This document shows, piece after piece, positions 1 through 11,300 of a DNA stretch of 64,000 nt. This DNA is from Candidatus Staskawiczbacteria bacterium (GTDB lineage Bacteria; Patescibacteriota; Minisyncoccia; Minisyncoccales; Staskawiczbacteraceae): contig CAIYRH010000018.1 of assembly GCA_903928565.1 (NCBI GenBank), forward strand, positions 10,693 to 74,692, in the 5' to 3' direction. Under the pieces are notes generated by a model. That model worked only from the letters and a program-made list of their open reading frames with translations, did not search any database and was not told the DNA's origin. Position numbers and translations under genes: made by a program. Position 1 is the first letter of the stretch. Each line of letters starts with the position of its first letter.

Positions 1-1893
1 TCCGTCAATTATTACATTGTTAGCATCTACTTGTAAGCATGTCCCGTCGCTGGTAATATTGCTTGCTAATTGGTAATACCCTGAAATATCAATTGTTCCG
101 CATTCTGTGACTTGGCAGGCGTCGCCTTCAGTTCCACTGCCGGCCCAACCATTTGGACAAGTTGGGTCAACAATAAAATCAAAATCAATTGAGCCTGAAA
201 TCTTAAAATCAAATTGGTCTGTTGGGGTTTGCAGATTCGTTAATAAAACTTTATAAATTTTTGCTCCTGAAATGTCACTAAAGCTGGCAATTTGCGGGCC
301 TTCGGTAACATTGCCGTCTGCGTCGGTGTAAACCGGAAATACTTGGATAGACGAGTTGGTAGTTTGTAGTGGGTAGTTTGTAGCACGAGCATAAATTGTA
401 TTATCGTTTTTGTTTGTTAGTGTTTTTTCAAAAGTAAACCTAACATATTGATTGTTAGTTATTGTTGCATAATTGCCGTCTTGAGTTTTAACTGTGTCGT
501 AAATATCAGATAATATAGTTTGGTCGGTGTCTAGTTGGAATGCTTTTGAAATAAAAATAATATTGAAAATTTGTTCTGACAAGTGCGGAACAGTCCATTC
601 AACATAATCTAATTTACCATTGTTGTCTGTGTCGTAAGCGTGAAAAGCAACATCTTGGTTGCCGTTGGTTTCCCATTTAATTTTTATTTTATCTTCTTGC
701 CCTACTTTAAATATTTCTGGAATTTTTGTTGACGCTAAAACATCTACAAGCGGAGCTTGCGCATCTTCATTTGTTGCTGAAACAGTCACCTGTTGCCCAG
801 TGTCGGTTGCCTCGGAAACAATTTCCGGAGCTGGAGTTTCATATTGAATTGCCACAAAATCTCCGGCTGGGGCATCGGGCGTTGGCGTTACAGCGGGCGT
901 TACCGATGGTTTTGGTGCCGGCGCCGAAGTACTTTTAATATCGGCCACCAAAACCGTTACAACTGCCGGAGCCGTGCTAGTTGCCGACTTGCTTGTTGCA
1001 ACAATGTTTGCGGTGCCTGCAGAAACAGGCGCCACTACACCGCTAGAATTTACAGTGGCTACTGCGGTGTTGTCTGATGCCCAAATTAAATCTGCAGTAA
1101 TTGGCATACCACTTTGATCTAAAGTTTCTGCTGTTAATTGTTGAGTGCTACCACCAACTGTTAAGTCTAATGTTAACGGTGAAATATTAATTGTTGTTAA
1201 AACCGGAGTTGAAACCTCGGTTGGCGGGGTTGCAATATTTACATATGTTGCATCTACCGCCGGCGTGATGGTTTGGTCTGCCGGTTGTCCACCTATATTT
1301 TGTATAATCTCTGAAACCGGAATTACATTTTCAACGGCATCACCCAAATCGGCAAACATAAATTTAAAAGCATCGCTTATGCTGGCAAAAGAAGAACTAA
1401 AACCTTTTATTAAGGCATTTCTCTGATTTTTAACCGGCACTACCGCCAGCTGTTGCCGTTGCGCTAAAGATAACCGTGGTTGCGGTTTTGACGACAATAT
1501 AATTTTTGCTTGCTCTGCGCTGGCCTGTTTAACTTTTATATTCTGCGCTTCTTTTGGTAATTGCGCCAAATATTTTCCATTTTTAATTTGGCTTTTAGGC
1601 ACCAACATGGTCCATTTAACCGGTTGGCCAGCCACAATTTGTGCTTGTTTTATTGTAGAACCCGCTACTATTTTGCTTTCTGGTATTTTGGGAAATAAAA
1701 TAGCTGAACTTATACCCAAAACAACAACCAAAAGCAAAACTGCTACCGAAGTAGAAACCCAAATTGCTCTTCTTCTCTTTTGCTTTTTTAGTTTTTTTTC
1801 TTGATATGCTTTTACAAGCTCGGCAGGAAAAACTAGCTTGTCTGAAGAAGATTTTTTAGGTAAAGTTTTTTTTATTTTTTTAGCAACTGGCAT
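1..1893 (-). CDS. Large surface protein, 5' part (runs off window); paralog of the 2293-aa protein N-terminal module
   Basis: Manual translation from ATG 1893: MPVAKKIKKTLPKK, a TM segment, IVAGQPVKWTMLV, then LDYVEWTVPHLSEQIFNIIFISKAFQLD and DFIVDP, matching 5387..12268; absent from ORF track because it is open-ended. Confidence 0.85.
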   Translation of the reverse strand, partial: MPVAKKIKKTLPKKSSSDKLVFPAELVKAYQEKKLKKQKRRRAIWVSTSVAVLLLVVVLGISSAILFPKIPESKIVAGSTIKQAQIVAGQPVKWTMLVPKSQIKNGKYLAQLPKEAQNIKVKQASAEQAKIILSSKPQPRLSLAQRQQLAVVPVKNQRNALIKGFSSSFASISDAFKFMFADLGDAVENVIPVSEIIQNIGGQPADQTITPAVDATYVNIATPPTEVSTPVLTTINISPLTLDLTVGGSTQQLTAETLDQSGMPITADLIWASDNTAVATVNSSGVVAPVSAGTANIVATSKSATSTAPAVVTVLVADIKSTSAPAPKPSVTPAVTPTPDAPAGDFVAIQYETPAPEIVSEATDTGQQVTVSATNEDAQAPLVDVLASTKIPEIFKVGQEDKIKIKWETNGNQDVAFHAYDTDNNGKLDYVEWTVPHLSEQIFNIIFISKAFQLDTDQTILSDIYDTVKTQDGNYATITNNQYVRFTFEKTLTNKNDNTIYARATNYPLQTTNSSIQVFPVYTDADGNVTEGPQIASFSDISGAKIYKVLLTNLQTPTDQFDFKISGSIDFDFIVDPTCPNGWAGSGTEGDACQVTECGTIDISGYYQLASNITSDGTCLQVDANNVIIDG

Positions 1894-1981
1894 TAAAATT
1901 TATATGAAAAATATAAAAATAGTGATTAATATATAATACGCCTATTTAAATTCAAGCACAACACTGTGAATAACTTTAAAG

Positions 1982-3358
1982 TTATAAATTATTTTTACTT
2001 TTTTTGGCATCTCTAAAAAAATTGTAGGCAACCAAACAGAAAAGAATAATTATTAAAATTGTGTTCCAATTAAAGAGCGCCAACACATCAAATTCTTTCT
2101 TAAGCGCTATGTTGGCGTGTATTTCTTTTCCTTCAGCCACGCTGAACGCATCTCCTTGAAAAAGATAATAGTTAGGAGCAGAAACCGTAATATAATATGT
2201 GCCCGCTGGCACTAAAAAGGCGTAGTTTCCGGTAGCGTCGGTTATTTGAGGATTTTCTTGACCAAATTCGCCGGCGTTCCATAATTCATAACCGCCCGCT
2301 TCGTTTAACTTATACAAAGAAACTGTTGCATTATTTATGCGGAGTTCTTTGTCCCCCGTTCTTTCGTAAATATATCCTTCTGGGTCAACTAACGTGGTAA
2401 ATTTAATATCTTTTTTTTCTGCAACTTGCCCGCCATAATCTATTGAAGAAACAACTTCATATTCTCCTTTTACAACCGGAGCTTTTATATCAGCAACATA
2501 AATTCCGTCTTTGTCATCATCGTTGTAATTAAAATTTAAAATCACAAATTGCTGGTCATTTTGTGGCAATAATGCTACTCCACTTTTTGGAACGTAATTT
2601 GAAGAAACACCCGCGCTGCTTAAAGCCGAAAGCGCAACGTTGAAAGATGGAATATATTTTCCAGTAAAGGCGATTTTGGTGGCCGGAGTTTTAAAAAGCA
2701 TATATCCAGATACTGTTTTTGCTCCTGGTTTTGGTTTTAAAATTAAACGTAGTGATTCTCCTGAAAAAACATTAATTTTTTGTTTCACAACTCCAGCGTC
2801 TGAAAAATCTAATTTCGTTAAAGCGTCAATTTTCCCGTCGCCTAACAAGACAAACATTGTTTCGGCCGGTATTTTATTTTTTTGCTCTTGAGTAAGACTT
2901 GCAAAACTAGCTCCTGTCAATTCTTTAAGACCCGGCAAAAAAATATTATAATTTTGAAGTTTAACAATATCCTCTGCGCTACTAATATTTAACTTAGAAA
3001 GTATTCTACTAAAATCAGGAATTTTTTGGGTTAAATCTGCCACAGCCATTGGCAATAAACTAATAATGGCTGGAGTAGATGGCGTTGGAGTTTTTTCGGG
3101 TAAAATATTTTTCTCTGGTTGCACCGACGGATTTATTGCTGGCGGTATTGGTTTTTTTTCTGGCGGGGTTGAGGTTGGAACCGGAGGATAATAGCCACCA
3201 CCACCCGGACCAGTTTGGCTTTCTTCTACTCCAGGCACATAAACGCTTACATTAGAAATTTCTGCGGTGAAAAAATTACCAGCAACTGGCGCTAAAACTA
3301 AAATAAAAGATACTATAAATGCTAAACCTAATATTTTGTTTTCTATTTTTTCAGCCAT
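1982..3358 (-). CDS. Membrane-anchored surface protein with Pro-rich linker and carboxypeptidase-regulatory-like (Ig/prealbumin-fold) domain
   Basis: N-terminal hydrophobic segment, LVDPEGYIYE, NPQITDATGNYAFLVPAGTYYITVSAPNY, C-terminal TM plus basic tail. Confidence 0.7.
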   Translation of the reverse strand: MAEKIENKILGLAFIVSFILVLAPVAGNFFTAEISNVSVYVPGVEESQTGPGGGGYYPPVPTSTPPEKKPIPPAINPSVQPEKNILPEKTPTPSTPAIISLLPMAVADLTQKIPDFSRILSKLNISSAEDIVKLQNYNIFLPGLKELTGASFASLTQEQKNKIPAETMFVLLGDGKIDALTKLDFSDAGVVKQKINVFSGESLRLILKPKPGAKTVSGYMLFKTPATKIAFTGKYIPSFNVALSALSSAGVSSNYVPKSGVALLPQNDQQFVILNFNYNDDDKDGIYVADIKAPVVKGEYEVVSSIDYGGQVAEKKDIKFTTLVDPEGYIYERTGDKELRINNATVSLYKLNEAGGYELWNAGEFGQENPQITDATGNYAFLVPAGTYYITVSAPNYYLFQGDAFSVAEGKEIHANIALKKEFDVLALFNWNTILIIILFCLVAYNFFRDAKKSKNNL

Positions 3359-3367
3359 TTTATTATT

Positions 3368-4357
3368 TTACTTGCCGCCGTGAATTCTTAATTTTTTAAC
3401 TTCTTCTTTTTCTTCACGAGGCTTACCACCACCATTATTTTTATTTTTACGTAAAATTATAATTATAATTATTATCAATACTATAATCACTATAACGGCT
3501 CCAATTAACATATAAACCCAAGGTGGAATTGCTGAAAAGTTTGGCATTGGGAATACAAAACCTTTTTGTTTATTTTTAGCAATTACTGACGGACTCACTA
3601 CATTAAAAACCATTTTACTATCTACGGCGACCTTGTTTCCACTATAAATTTTTACATCAGCCCAATAAGACCCCAAATCTAAATTGTTTGGAAAATCAAC
3701 CGAAATATCTTTAGTTTGGAATGATTGAACTTTTTCTGTTATATCTTCGTCTTGCTGGCCTAATTGTTTTGAATGGTATTGGTCAAAAAATGTTAAGCTT
3801 ACTTTTGTTGGCCCATTTTCAACATTGCCTTCGTTTTTTACTTTAATTATAAATTTAATTGGAGCACCTTTAGCAACATCGGGAATTTGAAAATTTCTTA
3901 TAGAAAAATCAGAAACTTTTATGTCTGTAACGTCTAAATTAATTGCAACTTCAGCTCCTAAAGTTACTTGAACTCCTCCGGGGTTTTTAGTGGCCGGTAA
4001 AGTATTTATATGAATTTTCCCCTTATAATTACCAAGAGCAGCGGTAGGCGGCACATTTACGTCAACCTTCATTGCAAACTGTTGCGTGCCTTTTGGAATA
4101 TTAAAACTGTTTCCGTTTTCTATTGTAATCCAGCTATTGATTGCGCCGGCATCAACTGCAACCGTAGCATTAAGATCTTGATCTGGCGTGCCCTGAATTA
4201 AATAAATATTTTGTTCGTAAAAAGAACCGGGCACAAGATTTTTATTTGCAACTGTTGGCGGAGAAATACCAAATCCGGCAAGCGCAACACCACTTTGAGA
4301 AATAAAAAATATAAATAGCGTTAGCGCAAATGCAAATATCTTGGTTTTATAATTCAT
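3368..4357 (-). CDS. Secreted two-Ig-domain protein with C-terminal TM anchor (DUF916/WxL-interacting-like)
   Basis: Signal peptide ending ALA, FGISPP..LVPG start, VKNEGNV motif, C-terminal TM plus basic tail. Confidence 0.6.
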   Translation of the reverse strand: MNYKTKIFAFALTLFIFFISQSGVALAGFGISPPTVANKNLVPGSFYEQNIYLIQGTPDQDLNATVAVDAGAINSWITIENGNSFNIPKGTQQFAMKVDVNVPPTAALGNYKGKIHINTLPATKNPGGVQVTLGAEVAINLDVTDIKVSDFSIRNFQIPDVAKGAPIKFIIKVKNEGNVENGPTKVSLTFFDQYHSKQLGQQDEDITEKVQSFQTKDISVDFPNNLDLGSYWADVKIYSGNKVAVDSKMVFNVVSPSVIAKNKQKGFVFPMPNFSAIPPWVYMLIGAVIVIIVLIIIIIIILRKNKNNGGGKPREEKEEVKKLRIHGGK

Positions 4358-4378
4358 TAAAATTTTAAATTAATATTA

Positions 4379-5329
4379 TTAAATAGCGGCTATTGCAGTA
4401 AACGTTGTTGTGCCCGAACACGTTCCCTTGGTTCCATTTGGAATGCCAACCTGCCAATAAGTATCCTGTGCAACTGGAACATTATTATAAGCTGGAGTTG
4501 CAAAAGTTCCGTTAACTGCTACGTCACCAGTTGTTAAAGCAGTTGCCCCGCCGCCGCCATAACTGAATGAAGCTAAATTATATTGTTCGTTTCCAACAGG
4601 AATAGCTCCCCTGCCATCGCAAGTTAAATCTGTTCCTTTAACATTAAAATCAATTGCAATATTTCCCGTATCTTTTACTGCTGATTTATGGTCACCCGTA
4701 GAATTACTCCCAGGAGCCACAGAACCATAAGCTATGTCTCCCACGCTAAGCGATTGCAAATCATTTAATGTAACTGCCGAAGATTCGCTCGCCCCTGCCG
4801 GGCCAGCGCTATCAGATGGAGTAACGGTTGTTTTCCATGTTCCACCATCGGCGTAATATTGAATATCAAAATTATGACTTACAGCATAAGTTAAGTCACT
4901 ATCGCCCGTACAGCTTGAATTAGAGGCGGGCGTAGAATCTGTCCAAACATAACAAGTATCGTAGTTGGTGACCGTGCACCCGGCGGCGCTACCCTTATAA
5001 ATTTTAACTTCTACCGAAGTTAAATCTTTGCAACTGTTATAATCTGTAACGTCACCAGTTACACCAATTGATGTTGTTGTGTTTTCGGTAAGAGTTATTT
5101 CTGTTTCACTATTAGTATTTCCATGCAAAACAACACTGGTTGTAGTTGGTGCGCTGTTTTCAACGGTAACCGTAACTTGCGAAATTCCGCCAAGGAAATA
5201 TTTTTTATATTTTCCTAAAGTATTTGGATAAATAGAAACAATTAAAACAAATATTAAGAGCACCAAAACACCAACCAACGCTGGCAGTCTTTTTTGTGGT
5301 TTCTTTTCCGTAATTTCAGTGCCTTCCAT
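4379..5329 (-). CDS. Surface subunit protein; homologous to the C-terminal ~260 aa of the upstream giant protein
   Basis: N-terminal TM; YGSVAPG..DHK..DTYWQVGIPNGTKGTCSGTTTF matches YGSLTPG..DHK..DTYWQMYVPNGVKGTCTGSTTF. Confidence 0.75.
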   Translation of the reverse strand: MEGTEITEKKPQKRLPALVGVLVLLIFVLIVSIYPNTLGKYKKYFLGGISQVTVTVENSAPTTTSVVLHGNTNSETEITLTENTTTSIGVTGDVTDYNSCKDLTSVEVKIYKGSAAGCTVTNYDTCYVWTDSTPASNSSCTGDSDLTYAVSHNFDIQYYADGGTWKTTVTPSDSAGPAGASESSAVTLNDLQSLSVGDIAYGSVAPGSNSTGDHKSAVKDTGNIAIDFNVKGTDLTCDGRGAIPVGNEQYNLASFSYGGGGATALTTGDVAVNGTFATPAYNNVPVAQDTYWQVGIPNGTKGTCSGTTTFTAIAAI

Positions 5330-5386
5330 AAAAATTAATATTTATTAATTGTAAATTATTAATTACCTAATTGCAAATTAATAATT

Positions 5387-8300
5387 TTAATTTACGCCAA
5401 AAGTTGTAGAGCCCGTGCACGTGCCCTTAACACCATTTGGAACATACATTTGCCAATAAGTATCTTGCGTGGGCAATGGAGTTGATTGCGTTGGTTTGTT
5501 TATGCTGGCCCCCGTGTCTGTTTCAACTTGCGCAAGTGCGGCGCCACCGCCATAAACAAAGCTGGTTAAATGGTATTGCTCATAACCAATAGCAATTGTT
5601 CCGCGAGAGCTACAGGTTAAAGCTGACTCTACCCCAGAAACTTTAAATCCTGTTGCCACGTTTCCTTCGTTAGTTACGGTTGCTTTATGATCTGAGGTTG
5701 TATTTTGCCCAGGAGTAAGCGAACCATAATTTAATGACGACACGTCAATATATTTTAATGTATCCATTTCAATTCCAGAAGAAACGGTGCTGGTGCCCGC
5801 ACCAACGTGATCGGCCGGAGTTATTTTGCAAAGCCAATTTTCGCCAGAATAAGTACCAGCATCTGTTGCGTCGGCATAATAATAAACTGAAAAAGTACAA
5901 GTGTAAACTTGCGTATTTCCCGAACCACCCGAAGCAACACATTGGCTTGTTAAAGTATAATGATTGCTTCTATCATCACCAGCACCGGCGCCAACTCCAC
6001 TTCTATATAATACCGCTGTCACACCGGTTAAATCTGAATAACCATTACCGTCATAAGCGGTTGCCGAGCAAACAACATTTTTTGTTGAATTTCCTATTAA
6101 AGTTATATCGGTTGATGATAAAGTTGTAGCGTCATAAGTTGAAACACTTCCCGATATATATGGCGCAACGTTAAAAAGCCAATTTAGATTATGACCGCCG
6201 TCAATTGAATTAGTTTGCACGACTGTTGTTCCACCAGAAGCATCAGAATCTGTAACGTCTGCATAATTAATTGCAAAAGTTCCATTGGCTACCAACCCCC
6301 ATCTTGTTCCGGGGCTGTCAGAAACTAAATTAACTCTGTCGTTATTGTCTATTCCTTGCAAAGTTAAAAGTCCTGCGATTGTTTGCGTGCCGGTATGATC
6401 AAAAGTTAAAATCACATCTGTAGAATTATTTGTTGTGTCGATTTTTGAAAAGTTTTTAAAATTAGTTGAGCCGGCGATTGATTGGTTTGTGCCATTAAAA
6501 GTTACCGTGCCGTTATTGTGATTAAACGTTCCTGTTGTATGCGACCAATTACCCGCCACTGAAAGATTTCCAGAGGTTGAATTGAAGGTTCCACCAGATA
6601 ATGAAAAGTTTCCCCCAATGTTTATGTCTCCGGTTCCAACAAACGTTCCGCCAGATTGTAAAAACTGTCCTGTTCCAAGACCAGAAGAATTATTTACTGT
6701 TAATGTTCCTGCATTAAGTGTAGTGCCACCAGAAAAAATATTTGTTCCCGACAAAGTAAGTGCTCCAGCTCCAGCTTTTGTCATAACATATGAGTTACTT
6801 CCGCTAATTCCCCCTTCAAAAGTTAATGTTTTCCCTGCAGTATTTGTTGTTATTTGGGAACTTGCATACAACATTGAAGAAGAAACCGTATCAAAACTTA
6901 GATCATTCGTGCCTGCAAATGCAAAATTTCCATAAAAAGAACAGCTCGTGCCAGTCACTGTCAGGGGGCTACCCGAAGTATTGTCAATTGTACCTCCATA
7001 TAAATAAAGAATTCCGTAAGGGCCACCAAGTGCGCCTGCGTTTGCAATATTTAAGGTGCCGGCGTAAACAGACACTCCACCAAAAGCAATAGCGGGGTTA
7101 TCGTCTGTATTATTATCTCCAGAAAGAGTAAGCGCACCTGTGCCATATTTTCCTATGCCGATATAATTAGTATCATCGTTAATTGTGCCACTAATTGTTA
7201 GATTTCCGCCATTCACGGTTATATAATGATAATCGCTTTGCCACCAAGCGCCAGAAAAATTTATATCTTTTGTGCCGGTGAATGCAAAATTACCACCCCA
7301 ATTTATATCATTAGTTACAGTAATAGGGTTACCAGAAGTATTATTTATTGTTCCGCCATTAATCCAAGCTAAAGCGCTTCCCAAAGCCGAAGCGTTGTTT
7401 ATATTTAATATACCGGTATTCATTTGAAAGCCGCCTGAAAAATTATTCGCACCAGAAAGCGTAAGCGTGCCATCACCATTTTTTTGAATACCAAACGTGG
7501 ACCCAGAAATAATTCCACCTATGGCTAATGTTCCTGTATTTATAGTCCATACACAAGTCGTTCCCAACGCAACAGCACCAGACCAAGTTCCTCCGGTAAA
7601 CGCCATATTCGCGTTTGAATTAATTGTAGCGGCAGTAATATTTATGGTTGATAATGGTGTAGTTCCGCCAACTACTCCACCAAAAGTTACCGTGGTGTTG
7701 GCCCCTCCGCTAACTGTAAGAGTTTGGGCGCCGTTAATTGTTTGTGCGAAATTTATCGTGTGAGCTGTACCTGAACAATTTACTGTAACGGGCGATCCTA
7801 AAACAACGGGCCCGGTGAATGTTGCGCCGTAGTTGGCAGCTATAGTAATTAGTGAGGTATTTAAATTAATTGCCGTGCCAGCTGTAACAGAAAGAGTCTG
7901 GATAGGTGTTGGGCTACCAATTATTCCGCCAAAAGCAACCGTAGTACCAGCTACTCCGCTAATTGTAAAAGTATACGCACCGCTAATACTAGAAGTAAAA
8001 TTAATTGTATGGGCCGTACCCGAACAATTAATTTGCACATTAGCACCCAAAACAACGGGCCCAGTAAATGTCGCGCCGTAGTTGGCAGCTATAGTAACAT
8101 TTTTAGACAAATTAATCGCCGTACTAGCGGTTACTGATAAAGTTCTTATGGGCGTTGATCCACCGATTATTCCGCCAAAAGTTACTGTACCAAAACTTCC
8201 GCTATTAATAGTAAGTGTATATGCCCCATTGATGGTCGCCGTGCTACCGCTAAAGTTTACGGTATTACTACCTGAAGTAGTAATTGAAGTGTTAACTCCA

Positions 8301-11300
8301 AGCACAACCGGACCCAAAAATGTTGGGCTATATCCCGAGGCAAGAGTAATTCCCGTAGTATTTATATTAATTGCTGTGCCGGCGGTAACTGAGAGGGTTT
8401 GTATGGGTGTTGAGCCTCCAATAATTCCGCCAAATGTTGCTGTTGTGTTTGTGCCTCCATTAATATAAAGTCCTTGGGCACCATTTATAGTAGATGTAAA
8501 ATTAATTGTGTGCGACGTGCCTGAGCAACCAATAGAAACCGTGGCGCCCAATACAACTGGTCCCGTAAATGTTGCGCCGTAGTTAGCGGCCAAAGTAATT
8601 CCTGCGCCATTTAAATTTATTGCCGTGCCGGCGGTGACTGCAAGAGTGTGTATCGGCGTTGGGCTACCAATGCTTCCACCGAAAGTAACCGTAGTGCCAG
8701 CAACTCCGGCAATAGTTAAATTATTTGCTCCACTAACACTTGAAGTAAAATTAATTGTGCTGGTTCCCGCTGGAGTAATAGTAACCGTTGCAGAATTTAA
8801 AGTTACTGGCCCAGTAAACGTAGCGCCATAACCCGAGGCAAGAGTAATTGCAGACGTGGAAAGACTAATAGCTGTTCCGGCGGTAACAGAAAGCGTACGT
8901 ATAGGAGTTAAATTCCCGATAGTACCATAAAAATAAACCGTACCCGAAGCCCCCGCATTAATTGTAAGATTATTAGCACCATTAACAGGGCTCATAAAAG
9001 TAACCGAGTTTGTACCAGAGGTGGTTATGGTTGTTGTAGGCGACCCCAAAGTTACAGCAGCGTTAAACGACAGATTATAACCCGAAGCAAGAGTAATTGC
9101 AGAGGTATTAAGGTTAATAGCAGTACTACCACTAAAAGAAAGTGTGTGCAATGGAGTTGTACCCCCAATGGCACCACCTAAAGTTAAAGTGCTTGAACCT
9201 GCTGTTAAGTTATAAGCGCCGTTAATTGTTCCAGCGAAATTAACTGTGTTAACACCCGCGGTGCTAATTGCAAGATTAGCCCCTAAAACAACCGGGCCGG
9301 TAAATGTTGCACTATATCCAGAATATAATGTTATTGCTGTAGTATTTAAATTTATTGCTGTGCCGGCAGTGACCGAAAGATTATGTAATGGCGTTGAGCC
9401 ACCTATAATGCCTCCAAAAGTAACTGTTGTACTCGCACCTCCGTTAATAGTTAGATTCGCCGATGAATTAATGGTAGAAGTAAAATTAATTGTGTGCGCT
9501 GTACCAGAGCAATTAATAGTGACATCTGTGCCTAGCGCAACCGGGCCGGTAAATGTTGCCCCATAGTTAGCAGCAATAGTTATTGCTGAGGCGCTTAAAT
9601 TTATTCCCGAAGTAGCGGTGACTGAAAGTGTGCGTATGGGCGTTGTGCCGCCAATAACACCAGAAAAATTCACCGAGCCAGAAGCTCCAGCATTAATTGT
9701 TAGAGTGTAGGCACCATTTATTGTTGTGGAGCTAGAACCACTAAAACCAACAGTATTTGTCCCCGAAGTAGTAATTGAAATATTTGCGCCTAAAACAACC
9801 GGGCCGGTAAATGAAGGACTATAACCCGAAGCAAAAGTAATTGCTGTAGTATTTAAATTTATTGCTGTGCTGGCGGTGATATAAAAATTTCGTATTGGCG
9901 TTGAGCCACCTATAATACCACCAAAAGTAACCGTGCCAGTGCCAGCGCCAACTGTTAAGTTATATGCTCCGTTAATGGTTGATGTAAAATTAACTGTATT
10001 AGTGCCTGAAGTAGTAATGGCAACATTAGCTCCCAACACAACAGCCCCCGTAAATGTTATACCATAAGTAGAGGCAAGGGTAATGGCCGTGGTGTTTAAA
10101 TTAATTGTGGTTGCGGTTACGGCCAAAGTTCTTATTGGCGTTGAGCCTCCAATATTTCCACCAAAAGTAACGATTCCGCCCGTATCACTAATTGTTAACG
10201 TATAAGCGCCATTAATTGTCCCTCCAATTGTCAAAGTTTGGCTGTTACTTATGGTCACGGTAGTATTTGCGCCAAGCGTTACAGCTCCAGTGCCAAGGTT
10301 TAAAGCTTGTGTGCCAGTAAATGCAAAGCTTGCGTTCCAAGTCTCTGCGTTATTAATGGTTACAGAACCAGCCGAAGTGTTATCTATTGTTCCACCATTA
10401 ATGGTAAGCGTTCCCGCGCCAAGAGCAAGGGCACTATTTATATTTAAAGTGCCCCCGGCATTTAAAGTCACGCCACCAGAAAGAGTATTGCTGTTTATTA
10501 AAGTAAGTTTACCGGCAGAAATTGCTACAGCCCCCGCAGATGTTACGATATATGTAGACGTTTGAGTTACAGTGCCAGAATATCCACTGTTTAATTGCAA
10601 TGCAGCAACGCTGACATCAACATTAATATTACAATCAGCAGTGCTTGTAGTATCAAAAACAGCAGTATCGCTAGAAGTTGGCACGTGCCCCAAAGACCAA
10701 TTATTTGCGTCGTTGTAGCTGTTATTATTGTCAGTATTTGTCCAGTAATTATTTGGGTCAACTACAAAATCAACGTCTACATTACCAAATATTTTTAAAT
10801 CAAAAGTATCTGTTGAATTTTGCAAATTAGTTAACGGAATTTTATAGGTATCTTCGTGGTCTATATTTTCAAAAGTTGCAACTAACGGGCCATCGGTCAT
10901 ATTTCCATTTTCATCGGTATAAACAGGATAAACTTCTATTTTAACTGGAGAGCTTGGATCTCTCGGCCTGGCATAAATAGTATTATCGTTAAAGTTTTGC
11001 AATGCTTGATCAAAAGTTGCTCTAATATATTGGCCGTCGGTTAATTGCGCCCAATTACCATCTTGTGCGCGAACTTTATCATAAATATCAGAAATTATAT
11101 TTTGACTTGCGTCCAATTGAAAAGCTTTAGATATAAAAATTATTTCAAATGTTTGCTCAGATAAGTGGGGAACCGTCCACTCTAAATAGTCAATTAAACC
11201 ATTGCCATCTAAATCTTTGGCGGTAAATTTAACTTCTTGGCCGTCATTGCTTTTCCATTTTATTTTTATTTTTTTCTCATCGCCAACTTTATAAATTTCT

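Noticed and set aside
1964-1975. DnaA boxes as a replication origin (also about 33260 and 35228)
   Set aside because: Isolated single boxes, with no cluster and no dnaA/dnaN context.
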